Of a stretch of 64,000 nucleotides of DNA, positions 1 through 8,486 are shown piece by piece. Within the stretch, counting starts at the first letter, position 1; each line of letters opens with the position of its first letter. A program made the translations under genes and the position numbers. This stretch comes from Candidatus Micrarchaeota archaeon. Lineage in GTDB: Archaea > Micrarchaeota > Micrarchaeia > Anstonellales > Anstonellaceae. The DNA lies in the NCBI GenBank assembly GCA_021814005.1, contig JAKAJC010000003.1:15934-79933 (forward strand), in the 5' to 3' direction. The notes under the pieces were generated by a model that searched no databases, was not told the origin of the DNA, and was given only the letters and a program-made list of their open reading frames with translations.

Positions 1-22
1 GGGAGCCGGGAAAAAGCAGTTG

Positions 23-625
23 TCAGCAATTTGAGTTTACCATAACGTGCGGCGGGTTCGAACTGTTGTATGTCACGTTGATGCGCCATTTGCCAGCAAC
101 CCCCGGCCAGTTGCCGCACAAAGGCGCATGGCTTGTGGATATCACGTCGCCGAGGCCGTTGAGGTAAATGCTCACGACCTTGCGCTGGCTCCAGTTTGCC
201 GAGGCGTTGTCGTTTCCAATAAACGAGTCAGAAGGCGAATAACTGTCGGGCATATCCGCCCAAATCTGCCTCGATGCCCCGTCTCCTGTCAGATAAATTT
301 CATCGGCAGTTGAGGTCAGAAGGTCGACAGTGCTCTGGGCGTTTGATTTCTGGCGCACCATCTCGCCCGACTGGGCCTGGCTTGGCAGGCTCACCGCCAC
401 CGCAACCACCATGAGGGCGACGGCGGCGAAAATGGCGACTGTTTCAATATTTGCCTGAGCGCGGCGGGAGAAAATCAGAGGCATTCTATCTTCTTTCATG
501 CTCTGCCCAAGCCCGCCCCTGTTTTTTAACCATTCGGTCGTTATGGCTCTCATGTCCTCGGTAATAATGGGCGGCACTTTCTCCCTTCTGCACGCGGGCC
601 ATCGCGCCCTTCTCGCAGCGGCCAA
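23..625 (-). CDS. Hypothetical secreted/pilin-like protein. N-terminal region resembles a class III (Flp/type IV pilin-like) signal peptide: RRAQANIETVAIFAAVALMVV. True start is probably an internal Met near 484 or 499.
   Basis: ORF track. A charged stretch is followed by the hydrophobic helix ANIETVAIFAAVALMVVAVAVSL (compare Flp pilin G-ATAIEYGLIAALIAV). The downstream domain is rich in Ser/Asn with N-x-S/T sequons. Gene sits at the window edge. Confidence 0.35.
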   Translation of the reverse strand: MAAARRARWPACRREKVPPIITEDMRAITTEWLKNRGGLGQSMKEDRMPLIFSRRAQANIETVAIFAAVALMVVAVAVSLPSQAQSGEMVRQKSNAQSTVDLLTSTADEIYLTGDGASRQIWADMPDSYSPSDSFIGNDNASANWSQRKVVSIYLNGLGDVISTSHAPLCGNWPGVAGKWRINVTYNSSNPPHVMVNSNC

Positions 626-1556
626 GCCCTATTCCAAAATCTATATCGGCCTCACCACCGACCACTGGGCCAAAATTCACCGCATAAGGCCCGTGGTGCC
701 CGTAGCCAGCCGCCGCGCCGCGCTCCGCCACGCGCTGGCGCAGATGGGGATGTCCGAGCGCACTCTCATCTTTCCCATCTCCGACCGCTACGGCCCGTCT
801 GTTTCAGACCCGAATCTTGACGCCATCATCGTAAGCGAGGAAACCAAAGAGGCCGCAGACGAGATTAACGCCATCAGAAAAAAACGCAGGCTTCGGCCCC
901 TTCGCGTTATTTCCATTCCAATGCAGCTTGCGCAGGACGGCCTGCCCTATTCGGCAACCCGCATACAGTCGGGCGCAATAGGCGCGGACGGCCGCCGCCT
1001 GCACCCGCTGCGCATCGCGGTCGGCTCCGACAACCCATCCAAAATCGACGGAGTTGCGGCGGCTTTCCGCCGCGCTTTCCCCCGCCTGCGCGTGGAAGTG
1101 CGGGGCTTCAAAGTACAGAGCGGAGTCGGCGAACAGCCGCTCGGCTATGCCATGACCTCCAAGGGCGCAAAAAACCGCGCATCGGCCGCCAGAAGCGCAT
1201 GGCCATCGTGCGATTACGCGCTCGGGCTCGAGAGCGGGCTTATTCCGCTCGATTCAAGGTTTTTCGACATACAGTTCTGCTGCATGGAGGGCGGGCATGC
1301 CTGCTCCGTCGGCTGCTCCATGGGCTTCCCGCTGCCGCAAAATGTTGCCGTCAAAATGATAAGGCAAAAATCAGCAGCTTCCCCTCCCCGCGTTTTCCGC
1401 TCTCTGGGCGCTGTGGTGGATTCTCTTGCCGGCCAGAAAGCGGTGGGCCGCCAGAAAGGGGCGATTCATTTCCTCTCGCGTGGTTTGCTTGAGCGAAAAG
1501 AGATGACCGAGCAGGCTGTCTTGTGCGCGCTGGTCGAGAGAAGGAGTCCGGTCTGA
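498..1556 (+). CDS. Fusion protein: N-terminal cytidylyltransferase-like nucleotidyltransferase (archaeal PPAT/CoaD-like; GGTFxxLHxGH and SxTRIxxG motifs) fused to a C-terminal YjjX/Ham1-like inosine/xanthosine triphosphatase.
   Basis: Motifs seen: VIMGGTFSLLHAGHRALL, IGLTTDHWA and YSATRIQSG (nucleotidyltransferase superfamily). The C-terminal half, RIAVGSDNPSKIDGVAAAF...VQSGVGEQPLGYAMTSKGAKNRASAA...DYALGLESGL, matches the YjjX NTPase pattern (NP.K, SGV.EQP.G, E...GA.NRA, EAG). An oligo-T tract follows the stop. Confidence 0.6.
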   Translation: MLCPSPPLFFNHSVVMALMSSVIMGGTFSLLHAGHRALLAAAKPYSKIYIGLTTDHWAKIHRIRPVVPVASRRAALRHALAQMGMSERTLIFPISDRYGPSVSDPNLDAIIVSEETKEAADEINAIRKKRRLRPLRVISIPMQLAQDGLPYSATRIQSGAIGADGRRLHPLRIAVGSDNPSKIDGVAAAFRRAFPRLRVEVRGFKVQSGVGEQPLGYAMTSKGAKNRASAARSAWPSCDYALGLESGLIPLDSRFFDIQFCCMEGGHACSVGCSMGFPLPQNVAVKMIRQKSAASPPRVFRSLGAVVDSLAGQKAVGRQKGAIHFLSRGLLERKEMTEQAVLCALVERRSPV

Positions 1557-1600
1557 TTTTTTTTGCTTAATTTGCTGTTTTTGTTTTTTTTGCAAAGCCC
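1557..1600 (+). terminator. Oligo-T archaeal-type terminator downstream of the 498..1556 gene (ttttttttgcttaatttgctgtttttgttttttttgc).
   Basis: T-rich run immediately after the stop codon. Archaeal termination uses oligo-T tracts. Confidence 0.45.
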
Positions 1601-2436
1601 AGCTTCTTGTCGAAAAATCCGAACAGCTGTGACATCACAACCGGCAGCAGCGCGCCGTAAATCACGGCCAGCGGATATGTAACCACAATCCCGGCAATGG
1701 GGCCGGCCCATTCAACCCAGCCAAACGATGCCGCAGCCTCTTCTATCCCCGTGCTGATGAAACCGATGGCCAGCGGCAGCGGAATAACAAATATTCCTAT
1801 GACAATCAGGGCGAGAAAAATCTCCACCATGCGCCCCCGCGTGCGGTCGAAAGAGGTGCGGATGGAATATGCGGCATTGCCGTCTCCGCGCACAAAAATA
1901 AACGAGGCAAAACAGGTTCGGATGCAATGGATGAAAATCGCCACCAGCCATGCCATAAGTCCGATGCCGGCGATAAGCGCGGCGGCGTCGAACATGCTGT
2001 TCGAATCCTTGAGAACCGCGATGGGCGCAAGAACAAATCCGGCAGCAATAAACGCGAATGCGGGAATCAGCAGCCTTTTGTCATAGAGGCAGAAGAAATT
2101 CACCACAACCATTCGGGCGGTGAAAATCAGCCAGTCCAGCACGCCGGGAGCCGGCTTTTTCACAACAACGCCTGCCAAATTCATGGCAGCATGCAAAATC
2201 TTTGGCCAGAAATACATCTGGCTTATGATGAAAATCGCCATGGCGCCAAGCACGATGAGGCCGGTGGCCGCAGGATGGGTTTCCATCGTTCTGCTTGAAA
2301 TCACCGAGATTATGTCAAACATTGATGAAACAAAAACCGCAAGCACCACTAAGGAGAGCAGCTCCCGATTTCTGAATAGCTGCCAGCCTTTGCGCACGGC
2401 CGACAATGCGTCAAATGAAGCAGAAACAGCCACCAA
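1567..2436 (-). CDS. Polytopic integral membrane protein of unknown function, about 8 TM helices.
   Basis: ORF track. Multiple hydrophobic segments throughout (LSLVVLAVFVSSMFDIISVI, GLIVLGAMAIFIISQMYF, AFAFIAAGFVLAPIAVL and others). Basic C-terminal tail KKTKTAN. Confidence 0.6.
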   Translation of the reverse strand: MVAVSASFDALSAVRKGWQLFRNRELLSLVVLAVFVSSMFDIISVISSRTMETHPAATGLIVLGAMAIFIISQMYFWPKILHAAMNLAGVVVKKPAPGVLDWLIFTARMVVVNFFCLYDKRLLIPAFAFIAAGFVLAPIAVLKDSNSMFDAAALIAGIGLMAWLVAIFIHCIRTCFASFIFVRGDGNAAYSIRTSFDRTRGRMVEIFLALIVIGIFVIPLPLAIGFISTGIEEAAASFGWVEWAGPIAGIVVTYPLAVIYGALLPVVMSQLFGFFDKKLGFAKKTKTAN

Positions 2437-2464
2437 AATGCACGCTCCAACTGCCGATTATGGC

Positions 2465-3598
2465 CTACTCCTCCTGTTTCTCGACTATCTTCTCGGCCTT
2501 TTTCATCATCTTGGCCCTCTTCTCCTGATGCTCTTTCAGCCATTCGAGCGCCTGCGCGAGCATCTGCGTTTTGCACTCCCCGCAGAGAATCTTGCCATGG
2601 GTGCAGTCATCAAATCTTTTCTGCAGCTTTTTCTCGTCATGCTCGAAATGGGTTGCGAAAATGTCGTATGCAACGCAGTTTGAAATGTCTCCGCCGATTT
2701 TCCTCTGCTCATCCGCGGTTGACCTTCCGCCAGTGAGCGCGCGCATGAATTTTTTGCGCACAGATTCCAAATCCTCGGAAAGCCAAATCATGGCGTCCGG
2801 GTCGCGCTTTGACATCTTGGCCTCGCCTTTGAGGTTTTTGATGAACTTGTGATAAGTCGCCGAGGGCAGCACCAGCCGCTCCTTGAAGGCCAAATCACGG
2901 CTGAGGCGTATGTGCGGGTCCTGGTCAAGGCCGACAGGCACAAGAACGTGCTTCGGCCCGCCGAAATCCTCATGCTGCGGCAGCATGATGTCGCCCATCT
3001 GCACCAGCACCGCCATCTGCAGGCTGATGGGCTTGTCGCCGTAAATCGCGGCCAGCATTTTCGGGGTGACGCGCCGCGAGAGCTTGTATGCCATTGTGGT
3101 CACGCGGTGCTCGCGCGACTGGCGGTAGAAATATGTGTTGTCAGCGTCAATGCCGAGCGCCAGCAAATCTGCCACATTGCCGATTGCATTCTGGCGGCAT
3201 TCGTCAAGCGTGAGGCCGTTGTCCACGTGCGCCTCCAAATCGGCTATGCAGTAATACACTTTTGCCTTGAACGCCTTCTGGAAGAAAATTATCTCCTCCG
3301 CAGTCTGCTTGCTGCCCAGATGGAAATCCCCCGACGGCTTGATGCCCGACATTACCGCGACCGGCTTTTTTTCGTCCGCCGCCTTTATCCACGGCAGCAA
3401 ATCGCGGTGCGCAAGCACTATTCTGCGGCGGAAAAGATGGCTGGAGTCGAATCTCTTGCGCAATGAGTCTGAAATTGCCTCAAGCCCGAACTCCTCGAAC
3501 AGTTTTGCCTGGTCTGCCGGCAGCTCGCTGCTCCACGGGTCGATGCGCGGGCCGCTGGCCGCGTGCGGTGCGTGTTCGTGTGCTGGCGGAACATTCAT
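2465..3598 (-). CDS. trpS: Tryptophanyl-tRNA synthetase, archaeal/eukaryotic type.
   Basis: Class I aaRS motifs: SGDFHLGS (HIGH-like), VPVGLDQDPHIRLSRDLA (TrpRS GIDQDPYFR-type motif), KMSKR (KMSKS). C-terminal Cys cluster CTHGKILCGECK. Length 377 aa fits archaeal TrpRS rather than TyrRS. Confidence 0.7.
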   Translation of the reverse strand: MNVPPAHEHAPHAASGPRIDPWSSELPADQAKLFEEFGLEAISDSLRKRFDSSHLFRRRIVLAHRDLLPWIKAADEKKPVAVMSGIKPSGDFHLGSKQTAEEIIFFQKAFKAKVYYCIADLEAHVDNGLTLDECRQNAIGNVADLLALGIDADNTYFYRQSREHRVTTMAYKLSRRVTPKMLAAIYGDKPISLQMAVLVQMGDIMLPQHEDFGGPKHVLVPVGLDQDPHIRLSRDLAFKERLVLPSATYHKFIKNLKGEAKMSKRDPDAMIWLSEDLESVRKKFMRALTGGRSTADEQRKIGGDISNCVAYDIFATHFEHDEKKLQKRFDDCTHGKILCGECKTQMLAQALEWLKEHQEKRAKMMKKAEKIVEKQEE

Positions 3599-3630
3599 GT
3601 CATCATCTCAAAATCGCGCAACTGGACTGC

Positions 3631-5064
3631 TCACTCGTTTTCATCTCTGGGCGGCTTCTTGGCCGGCGCTTTGGGGAGGGGCGGAGCTTTCGGGGGCGCG
3701 CCGAACAGCGGCAGAATAGGCCTGTGCGACACCCTCACGTCCTTGTCATCATCGTCATCAGGCCTCGACTGGCCGTAGTGCGGAATTGTCGGCCTGCTCG
3801 GCAGAATCGGCATGGTTGGAGAAGAAATATGCTGGGACGGGGTTGAGAGAGGCGGCCTGCCGAGCGCGGACGGCGGGCGCGTCGGGGGTGTGAGCGGATG
3901 TCCGGCAACCGCGCTCGTTGTCACACCACTCTTGGGCGTTTCTCCAACAAACGCCCTCTTGCTCAGCGAGAATGCCGGTCCGCCTTTGGCTTCTGGCAAA
4001 TGCACAGAAGATGCGGGCGTCTTGTAAGAGGAAACCGACGGCTTTGAATATGAAGATGCTGCCGGTCTGGAGAGGCCCGAGGGAGTGGAGGTGTGTTTTG
4101 AGTAAATCGAAGGCGTTGAAATGCCGTGCTTTGAGGCAAACGGGGAATCCGCCGTCTGGCCGGCAGATGCAGGCGTCTGTTTTGCTTTCGGAGCAGCCGC
4201 GCCCTGCGAACCCAATCCGGCTGCAGCGTGCGGGCCAACTGCCTTTGCATGCGGAACCCCGCCCGCAGCGCCTGTTTCGGCAATTTCTCTGCCTGCGCTG
4301 AATATGCTGCCAGTGCGCGTGCCTCCCGCCCCGAGCTTCGGCTTTGGTTTCACTTCTTTTTCTGGAATTTCGGCATCAACAAGCCGGTATCCGTTTTCAT
4401 CAATTGTTGTGAGATGGATGAGGTGCGCATGGGCCGAGCCGCGCATTTTCACCACTTCGAGAGTTCTCAGCCTTCTGTTTCCCTCCCGCATCCAGCCAAG
4501 ATGAATAAATCCGTCTGTCATTGCCTCGATGCCTACGCTTGTGCGTGGCAAATCCGGGTCGGGCGGCGTGACATCGCTTGCCGTGATAAGTGTAGTCACG
4601 CCCCATTTGCGGATTACATTGACAAGCTTCTGAATCGAGCGCTGCCTCTCGTCCCCGTCGCTCGAGAGCATGGCAAGCGGGGTGATGGAATCGAAAACAA
4701 CTCGCTCCACTCCGAGCGTGTCCACAAGCTCGAGAAGCGAGCCCTCCTGCTCCATGAAGCTGTTCAGCTCGCTTGAGGGGTATTCGATAAACACGACCTG
4801 CTTGTTTCGCTCCAATTCGGGCAGGTTCCAGTCGAACGCGCTCATGTTGGCGAAAATAGAATATTTGGGCTCGTTGAAAGAAAGATAGATGCCCGGCTCG
4901 CCGTTTTCCCGAAAACCGTTCACCAGAAACTGGGTTGCGAATGTTGTGCGGCCCGAGCCAGTGCTGCCCGAGACGGTGATTACGCTGTTTTTGGTGAATC
5001 CCCCGCCAATCATCTTGTCCAGTCCGGGTATTCCTGACGGCACTTTGGGAAAGAGCAGGTTCAT
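3631..5064 (-). CDS. KaiC/RecA-superfamily ATPase (single KaiC-like domain, ArlH/RadB-like) with a long (about 220 aa) Pro/Ser/Ala/Thr-rich low-complexity C-terminal tail ending in an acidic/basic patch.
   Basis: N-terminus GIPGLDKMIGGGFTKNSVITVSGSTGSGRTTFATQFLVNG (Walker A in KaiC/RadA context), then DSITPLAM and HLIHLTTIDENG. The tail carries repeated SYSKP/SSYKTP/IYSKHTSTP units, a DDDDDKD stretch and PPKAPPLPKAPAKKPP. Confidence 0.65.
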   Translation of the reverse strand: MNLLFPKVPSGIPGLDKMIGGGFTKNSVITVSGSTGSGRTTFATQFLVNGFRENGEPGIYLSFNEPKYSIFANMSAFDWNLPELERNKQVVFIEYPSSELNSFMEQEGSLLELVDTLGVERVVFDSITPLAMLSSDGDERQRSIQKLVNVIRKWGVTTLITASDVTPPDPDLPRTSVGIEAMTDGFIHLGWMREGNRRLRTLEVVKMRGSAHAHLIHLTTIDENGYRLVDAEIPEKEVKPKPKLGAGGTRTGSIFSAGREIAETGAAGGVPHAKAVGPHAAAGLGSQGAAAPKAKQTPASAGQTADSPFASKHGISTPSIYSKHTSTPSGLSRPAASSYSKPSVSSYKTPASSVHLPEAKGGPAFSLSKRAFVGETPKSGVTTSAVAGHPLTPPTRPPSALGRPPLSTPSQHISSPTMPILPSRPTIPHYGQSRPDDDDDKDVRVSHRPILPLFGAPPKAPPLPKAPAKKPPRDENE

Positions 5065-5111
5065 GAAGAGAAAACGAGGGCGGGGCTTTTATGGGTTATG
5101 GATGGGCGGTC

Positions 5112-5672
5112 TTACTTCTTTTTCTCCCCTTTTTCTGCTTCTGCCTTTTTCTCCGCCTCTTCGGTCTTCTTGGCCTCGGCCAGAAGCTTCTGCCCCAAAG
5201 CTATGCGGAATGCCATCTGCTTCTCGAATTTGGCCTTCTCGGCCGGGTCAAACAGCTTTTTCTGGATAATGAACTGCGTCAAATCCTGCGCCATGGCCGA
5301 AATGCCCATCAGCGCCCTCTGCATCTCGCCAATCTCTATCTTGCTCTGGTTGGGCTCTTCAAGGTCGATTCCAACCGGTCCGTAAGCCATGGTGATGCGG
5401 GTGAGCGAGGGCAGGTCGTTAATCAGCATCGACACCTTGGCCGTGGATGAAAAGAGCTTGTCGCGCTCGGTGGGCTCGTCGATTTCGCCCACCGCGAAGC
5501 GCACGCCCTCCTCTTTTGTCAGCCTGCTCACAAACCCTACCATGCTCTCCTTGAGGCTCTGCTCGTCATTTGCGTGCATGTCGAAGTAGAAATGGACGTA
5601 ATATCCGCCGGTGCGGATAACCTGATGCTTGAGCTCCTCGAATTTGTGGTCGTCTGCAGTCATGTCATTCAA
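5112..5672 (-). CDS. Hypothetical protein with a Lys/Glu-rich C-terminal tail. Annotated start is TTG; ATG at 5663 is the likely start.
   Basis: ORF track. Globular-looking composition with a charged tail KKTEEAEKKAEAEKGEKKK. A TATA-like element and direct repeats lie upstream at 5685-5741. Confidence 0.5.
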   Translation of the reverse strand: MNDMTADDHKFEELKHQVIRTGGYYVHFYFDMHANDEQSLKESMVGFVSRLTKEEGVRFAVGEIDEPTERDKLFSSTAKVSMLINDLPSLTRITMAYGPVGIDLEEPNQSKIEIGEMQRALMGISAMAQDLTQFIIQKKLFDPAEKAKFEKQMAFRIALGQKLLAEAKKTEEAEKKAEAEKGEKKK

Positions 5673-5711
5673 CTCGTTTTGTGCAAATCAAGATTTTTGT
5701 ATAAATCAAGA

Positions 5712-5741
5712 TAATTCACTTGCTCGTAATTCACTTGCTCG
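5712..5741. promoter_or_regulatory. Perfect 15-bp tandem direct repeat (taattcacttgctcg x2), with two copies of aaatcaagat (5685-5694, 5703-5712) next to it. Lies in the promoter region of the minus-strand gene 5112..5663.
   Basis: Repeats read directly from the sequence. They lie 40-80 nt upstream of the ATG (minus strand) next to an A/T-rich TATA-like box (ttatacaaaaa on the minus strand). Confidence 0.4.
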
Positions 5742-5795
5742 GCTGGCTGTTAAATACCTTTGGGCAGGCGAAACCGGCAAATTTGGATGAATAGT

Positions 5796-7226
5796 CTATA
5801 GTTTGGGCGGCTTGTGCGCGAACCACATAATCTTGTATTTCCTCAGGCTGTGCCACACCACTATCGCCATGATGAACAAAAATACCAAATTGATGGCCAG
5901 CCACGTGTAGCCGCCCAACGGGGAGAGGGATTTCTCCACCTTCACCGACACTCCTTCGCCAGTGCCGCCGCGCGAGAGTCTGTCAAGGCTTAATGTCAGA
6001 TTTCTGCCAGACATTTCAACCGAGATGTTGTTGAGCATGGCAGTGATTTTTCCTTCCGGAAACTGCATCGCATAAGTGAACTGCACGTCGGCGCCGATGT
6101 CGCCCTGGGATTTGATGCGGGAGAGGTCATTGAACACAATGCCGCGCAGTCGGCCGGGCCCGAATTCCGCAGTGTTTGCCGCAAACTGGCCTGTGCTGTA
6201 TTTGGAGAGGGCGGTCATCAGCGTGCCGTTGTCCTCAACGCTCTGGTGCATCATCAGCAGGGCCCGCTCGCGGCTCGGCATGCGATAAACAAGCAGGTTG
6301 GACGCGTCTGGGCTTACTCCGGCCGGATATGCAACCTCGACAGCCAGCGTCTGGGCGCTTGCATTGCAGGGCATGCGCAGGCCCGCGGCGCCGATTTCAT
6401 CCAGTGTCCTGTTCACGGCATACGCATCACTGAGGTTCACCTGCCCTGTTTTGTAGGCGTCAGCACCAAATTCCGACTCCTGCTTGAAGCTGCACAATGC
6501 GCGCAGAATGCGCGTGCGCGAGAGGTTGATGCCATAATTCGCGCCCGGCGAGAGACGGAGGGTGAGGCCGCCGTCATTTCGTTCCACCCTGCACCCCAGC
6601 GTCTTGTCTCCGACACAGCCGTTTTGAGGCAGCTCGTCCGCGCGCCGGTCAATGTAGCTGTTGAGAAATGCGCGCAGGTCGCCTTTCTCCGCGGCCGTGC
6701 GGTCAGTATCATTCATCTTGCCGTATGCGAAAAAGCTTGGCAGGGGCGCGCGGCGGATTATGTATCTGCGCGTCTCTTTCAGCTCCAGCCAGTCGCGTGT
6801 TGTGTTGAAAATATAGAATCTGCCGTCAGGCTGCATCTGGCCGCTGATTTCAATGCCGCCATCCGCCTGCGCAGCGCATTTGAAAGGCGCCGCCACGCGG
6901 CCGCAGATGTCGCGGGCATATGTCCCTCCCTCGTAATACTCGGCGAGGCCTGATAGCAGAATTTCGCTGGCCTGCGGTCCCGCATCCTCGCTCAGCCTGC
7001 TTTGGGCAAGATAATCCTGCGTCTGGGCGGAGTTGAGGACCAGCCGCTCGCGCACCACTATGTCGGAATCTCCGCTCTCGTGGAAATCCTGCGAAATGTA
7101 AGTATGGTAAGTGACGCAGCCGGAAGAGAGCAGGAAAATGGCCGTCACGGCTGCAAGCATGATCAATGCTGGTCGCATAGGGGGCGTTTTGGGCTCAATC
7201 ATTTTAAGGCCTCGGCTAAGCAGCAT
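5796..7226 (-). CDS. Surface (lipo)protein paralog 1 of a 4-gene tandem family: N-terminal signal peptide with an LSSGC lipobox-like site, C-terminal conserved motif plus TM helix plus basic tail.
   Basis: N-terminus PALIMLAAVTAIFLLSSGCVTY. C-terminus GEGVSVKVEKSLSPLGGYTWLAINLVFLFIMAIVVWHSLRKYK. Many N-x-S/T sequons. The conserved terminal motifs are shared with the next three genes. Confidence 0.7.
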   Translation of the reverse strand: MLLSRGLKMIEPKTPPMRPALIMLAAVTAIFLLSSGCVTYHTYISQDFHESGDSDIVVRERLVLNSAQTQDYLAQSRLSEDAGPQASEILLSGLAEYYEGGTYARDICGRVAAPFKCAAQADGGIEISGQMQPDGRFYIFNTTRDWLELKETRRYIIRRAPLPSFFAYGKMNDTDRTAAEKGDLRAFLNSYIDRRADELPQNGCVGDKTLGCRVERNDGGLTLRLSPGANYGINLSRTRILRALCSFKQESEFGADAYKTGQVNLSDAYAVNRTLDEIGAAGLRMPCNASAQTLAVEVAYPAGVSPDASNLLVYRMPSRERALLMMHQSVEDNGTLMTALSKYSTGQFAANTAEFGPGRLRGIVFNDLSRIKSQGDIGADVQFTYAMQFPEGKITAMLNNISVEMSGRNLTLSLDRLSRGGTGEGVSVKVEKSLSPLGGYTWLAINLVFLFIMAIVVWHSLRKYKIMWFAHKPPKL

Positions 7227-7258
7227 AAAAAAGGAGAAAAAGGAAAAATATATTCAAA

Positions 7259-8461
7259 TCATTTCTTCGCCGTTTTTCTGGCGGCGGGCTTGCGGGCTGG
7301 CCGCTCTTCCGCTTCGGGCGCTTCGGCTGCCGGCTCCTCCCACTGCGGCGCGGGCGTGTCGTACACTCCCGTTGCCGGCTCATTGTACGCCTGCGCCTGC
7401 CTGCTTTTGCGGCCTCTTGAGAGCACCAGCAAAAGGATTACCAGCACGGCGACCAGCACCACCCATGTCCATGCGCCGATGGGCGAGACGGGCTTGGCTA
7501 TCTTCACCACGATTTTGCCGGGCCCGTATTTGTACATGTCGTCAACGTTCAGCACGAGCTTGCCGTCCGTGAGAGTCACGTTCTTTCCGTTGATTGTGAC
7601 GCTGGACGGCGTCTGCGGGAATTCGGCCGTATAAGTGATTGTGTGCTCAAACGGCGGCAGCGCGTCATCCGGGAAGCTGAAAGAGCTCATGCGGTAGTTG
7701 TTCTCATATGTCGTCCCGCCGGCCACGCCGCGGTTGAAGTCAATGACATTGTCGACCGTCTCGAACTTGAAGCGGTCGTAGAACGCCTTGAATTCGGGCG
7801 GCAGGTTCGAGGTGTCGAACATGCTGTCTGTTGTAATCATGCCGAACGCGAGGCCGATTTTGAGCCTCAGGGCCGGGTCTGCGATGTTTTTGTTCGAATA
7901 GCTCTTGAGGTACGAGAACATGCTCTTCATCATTGTTTTGGCGGTGTCTGTTACCGTCTTGTTCTGGCTGTAATAATAGCTGTTGAGCGGCACCTGGCTG
8001 ATTTCATATGTTTTGACAGACTCGAAATTCATCCAGTCCATCCTGTCTGAGTAGGCGTAGAACTGGCCGGGCGCAAGTTTGGCCTTCATCACCGCGTGCC
8101 CGTCCTCGACTACGCAGCTTTCCACACCAGTTGCCTGGTCGCACTGCCATTGCGCGTAGCCGCCGTCGCGGAAGTAGGAGCCCGTGCCGCTTATCATGAC
8201 ATTGATTATTGTCTGCATCTCGGCCGCGCTGGCGGCGTCATAGTCTGCGCCGGTGAGGGCCTGGTTCGCATAATAGCTCTTAATCGCCTTGGCCATCAGG
8301 TCATCCACCTGGCTTGAGTAGGCGGTGTAATCCCGCAGCGTCAAATCGGAGGAGCCGTCAGCGTAGAATTTCTGCCCGGCCTCCTGCGTGATGGTGATGC
8401 AGCCCGAGAGGGCCAGCAGCATGGCGACGGCCATTGCAAACGCGTAATGCGCGAATTTCAT
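7259..8461 (-). CDS. Surface (lipo)protein paralog 2 (signal peptide, LSGC lipobox, C-terminal PxG-TW motif plus TM plus basic tail).
   Basis: N-terminus MKFAHYAFAMAVAMLLALSGCITITQEAGQKFYADGSSDLTLRD. C-terminus GPGKIVVKIAKPVSPIGAWTWVVLVAVLVILLLVLSRGRKSR. Shares the KTYEI motif with paralogs 3 and 4. Confidence 0.75.
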   Translation of the reverse strand: MKFAHYAFAMAVAMLLALSGCITITQEAGQKFYADGSSDLTLRDYTAYSSQVDDLMAKAIKSYYANQALTGADYDAASAAEMQTIINVMISGTGSYFRDGGYAQWQCDQATGVESCVVEDGHAVMKAKLAPGQFYAYSDRMDWMNFESVKTYEISQVPLNSYYYSQNKTVTDTAKTMMKSMFSYLKSYSNKNIADPALRLKIGLAFGMITTDSMFDTSNLPPEFKAFYDRFKFETVDNVIDFNRGVAGGTTYENNYRMSSFSFPDDALPPFEHTITYTAEFPQTPSSVTINGKNVTLTDGKLVLNVDDMYKYGPGKIVVKIAKPVSPIGAWTWVVLVAVLVILLLVLSRGRKSRQAQAYNEPATGVYDTPAPQWEEPAAEAPEAEERPARKPAARKTAKK

Positions 8462-8486
8462 GGTTCATAACCTCCGTTTATTGCGC

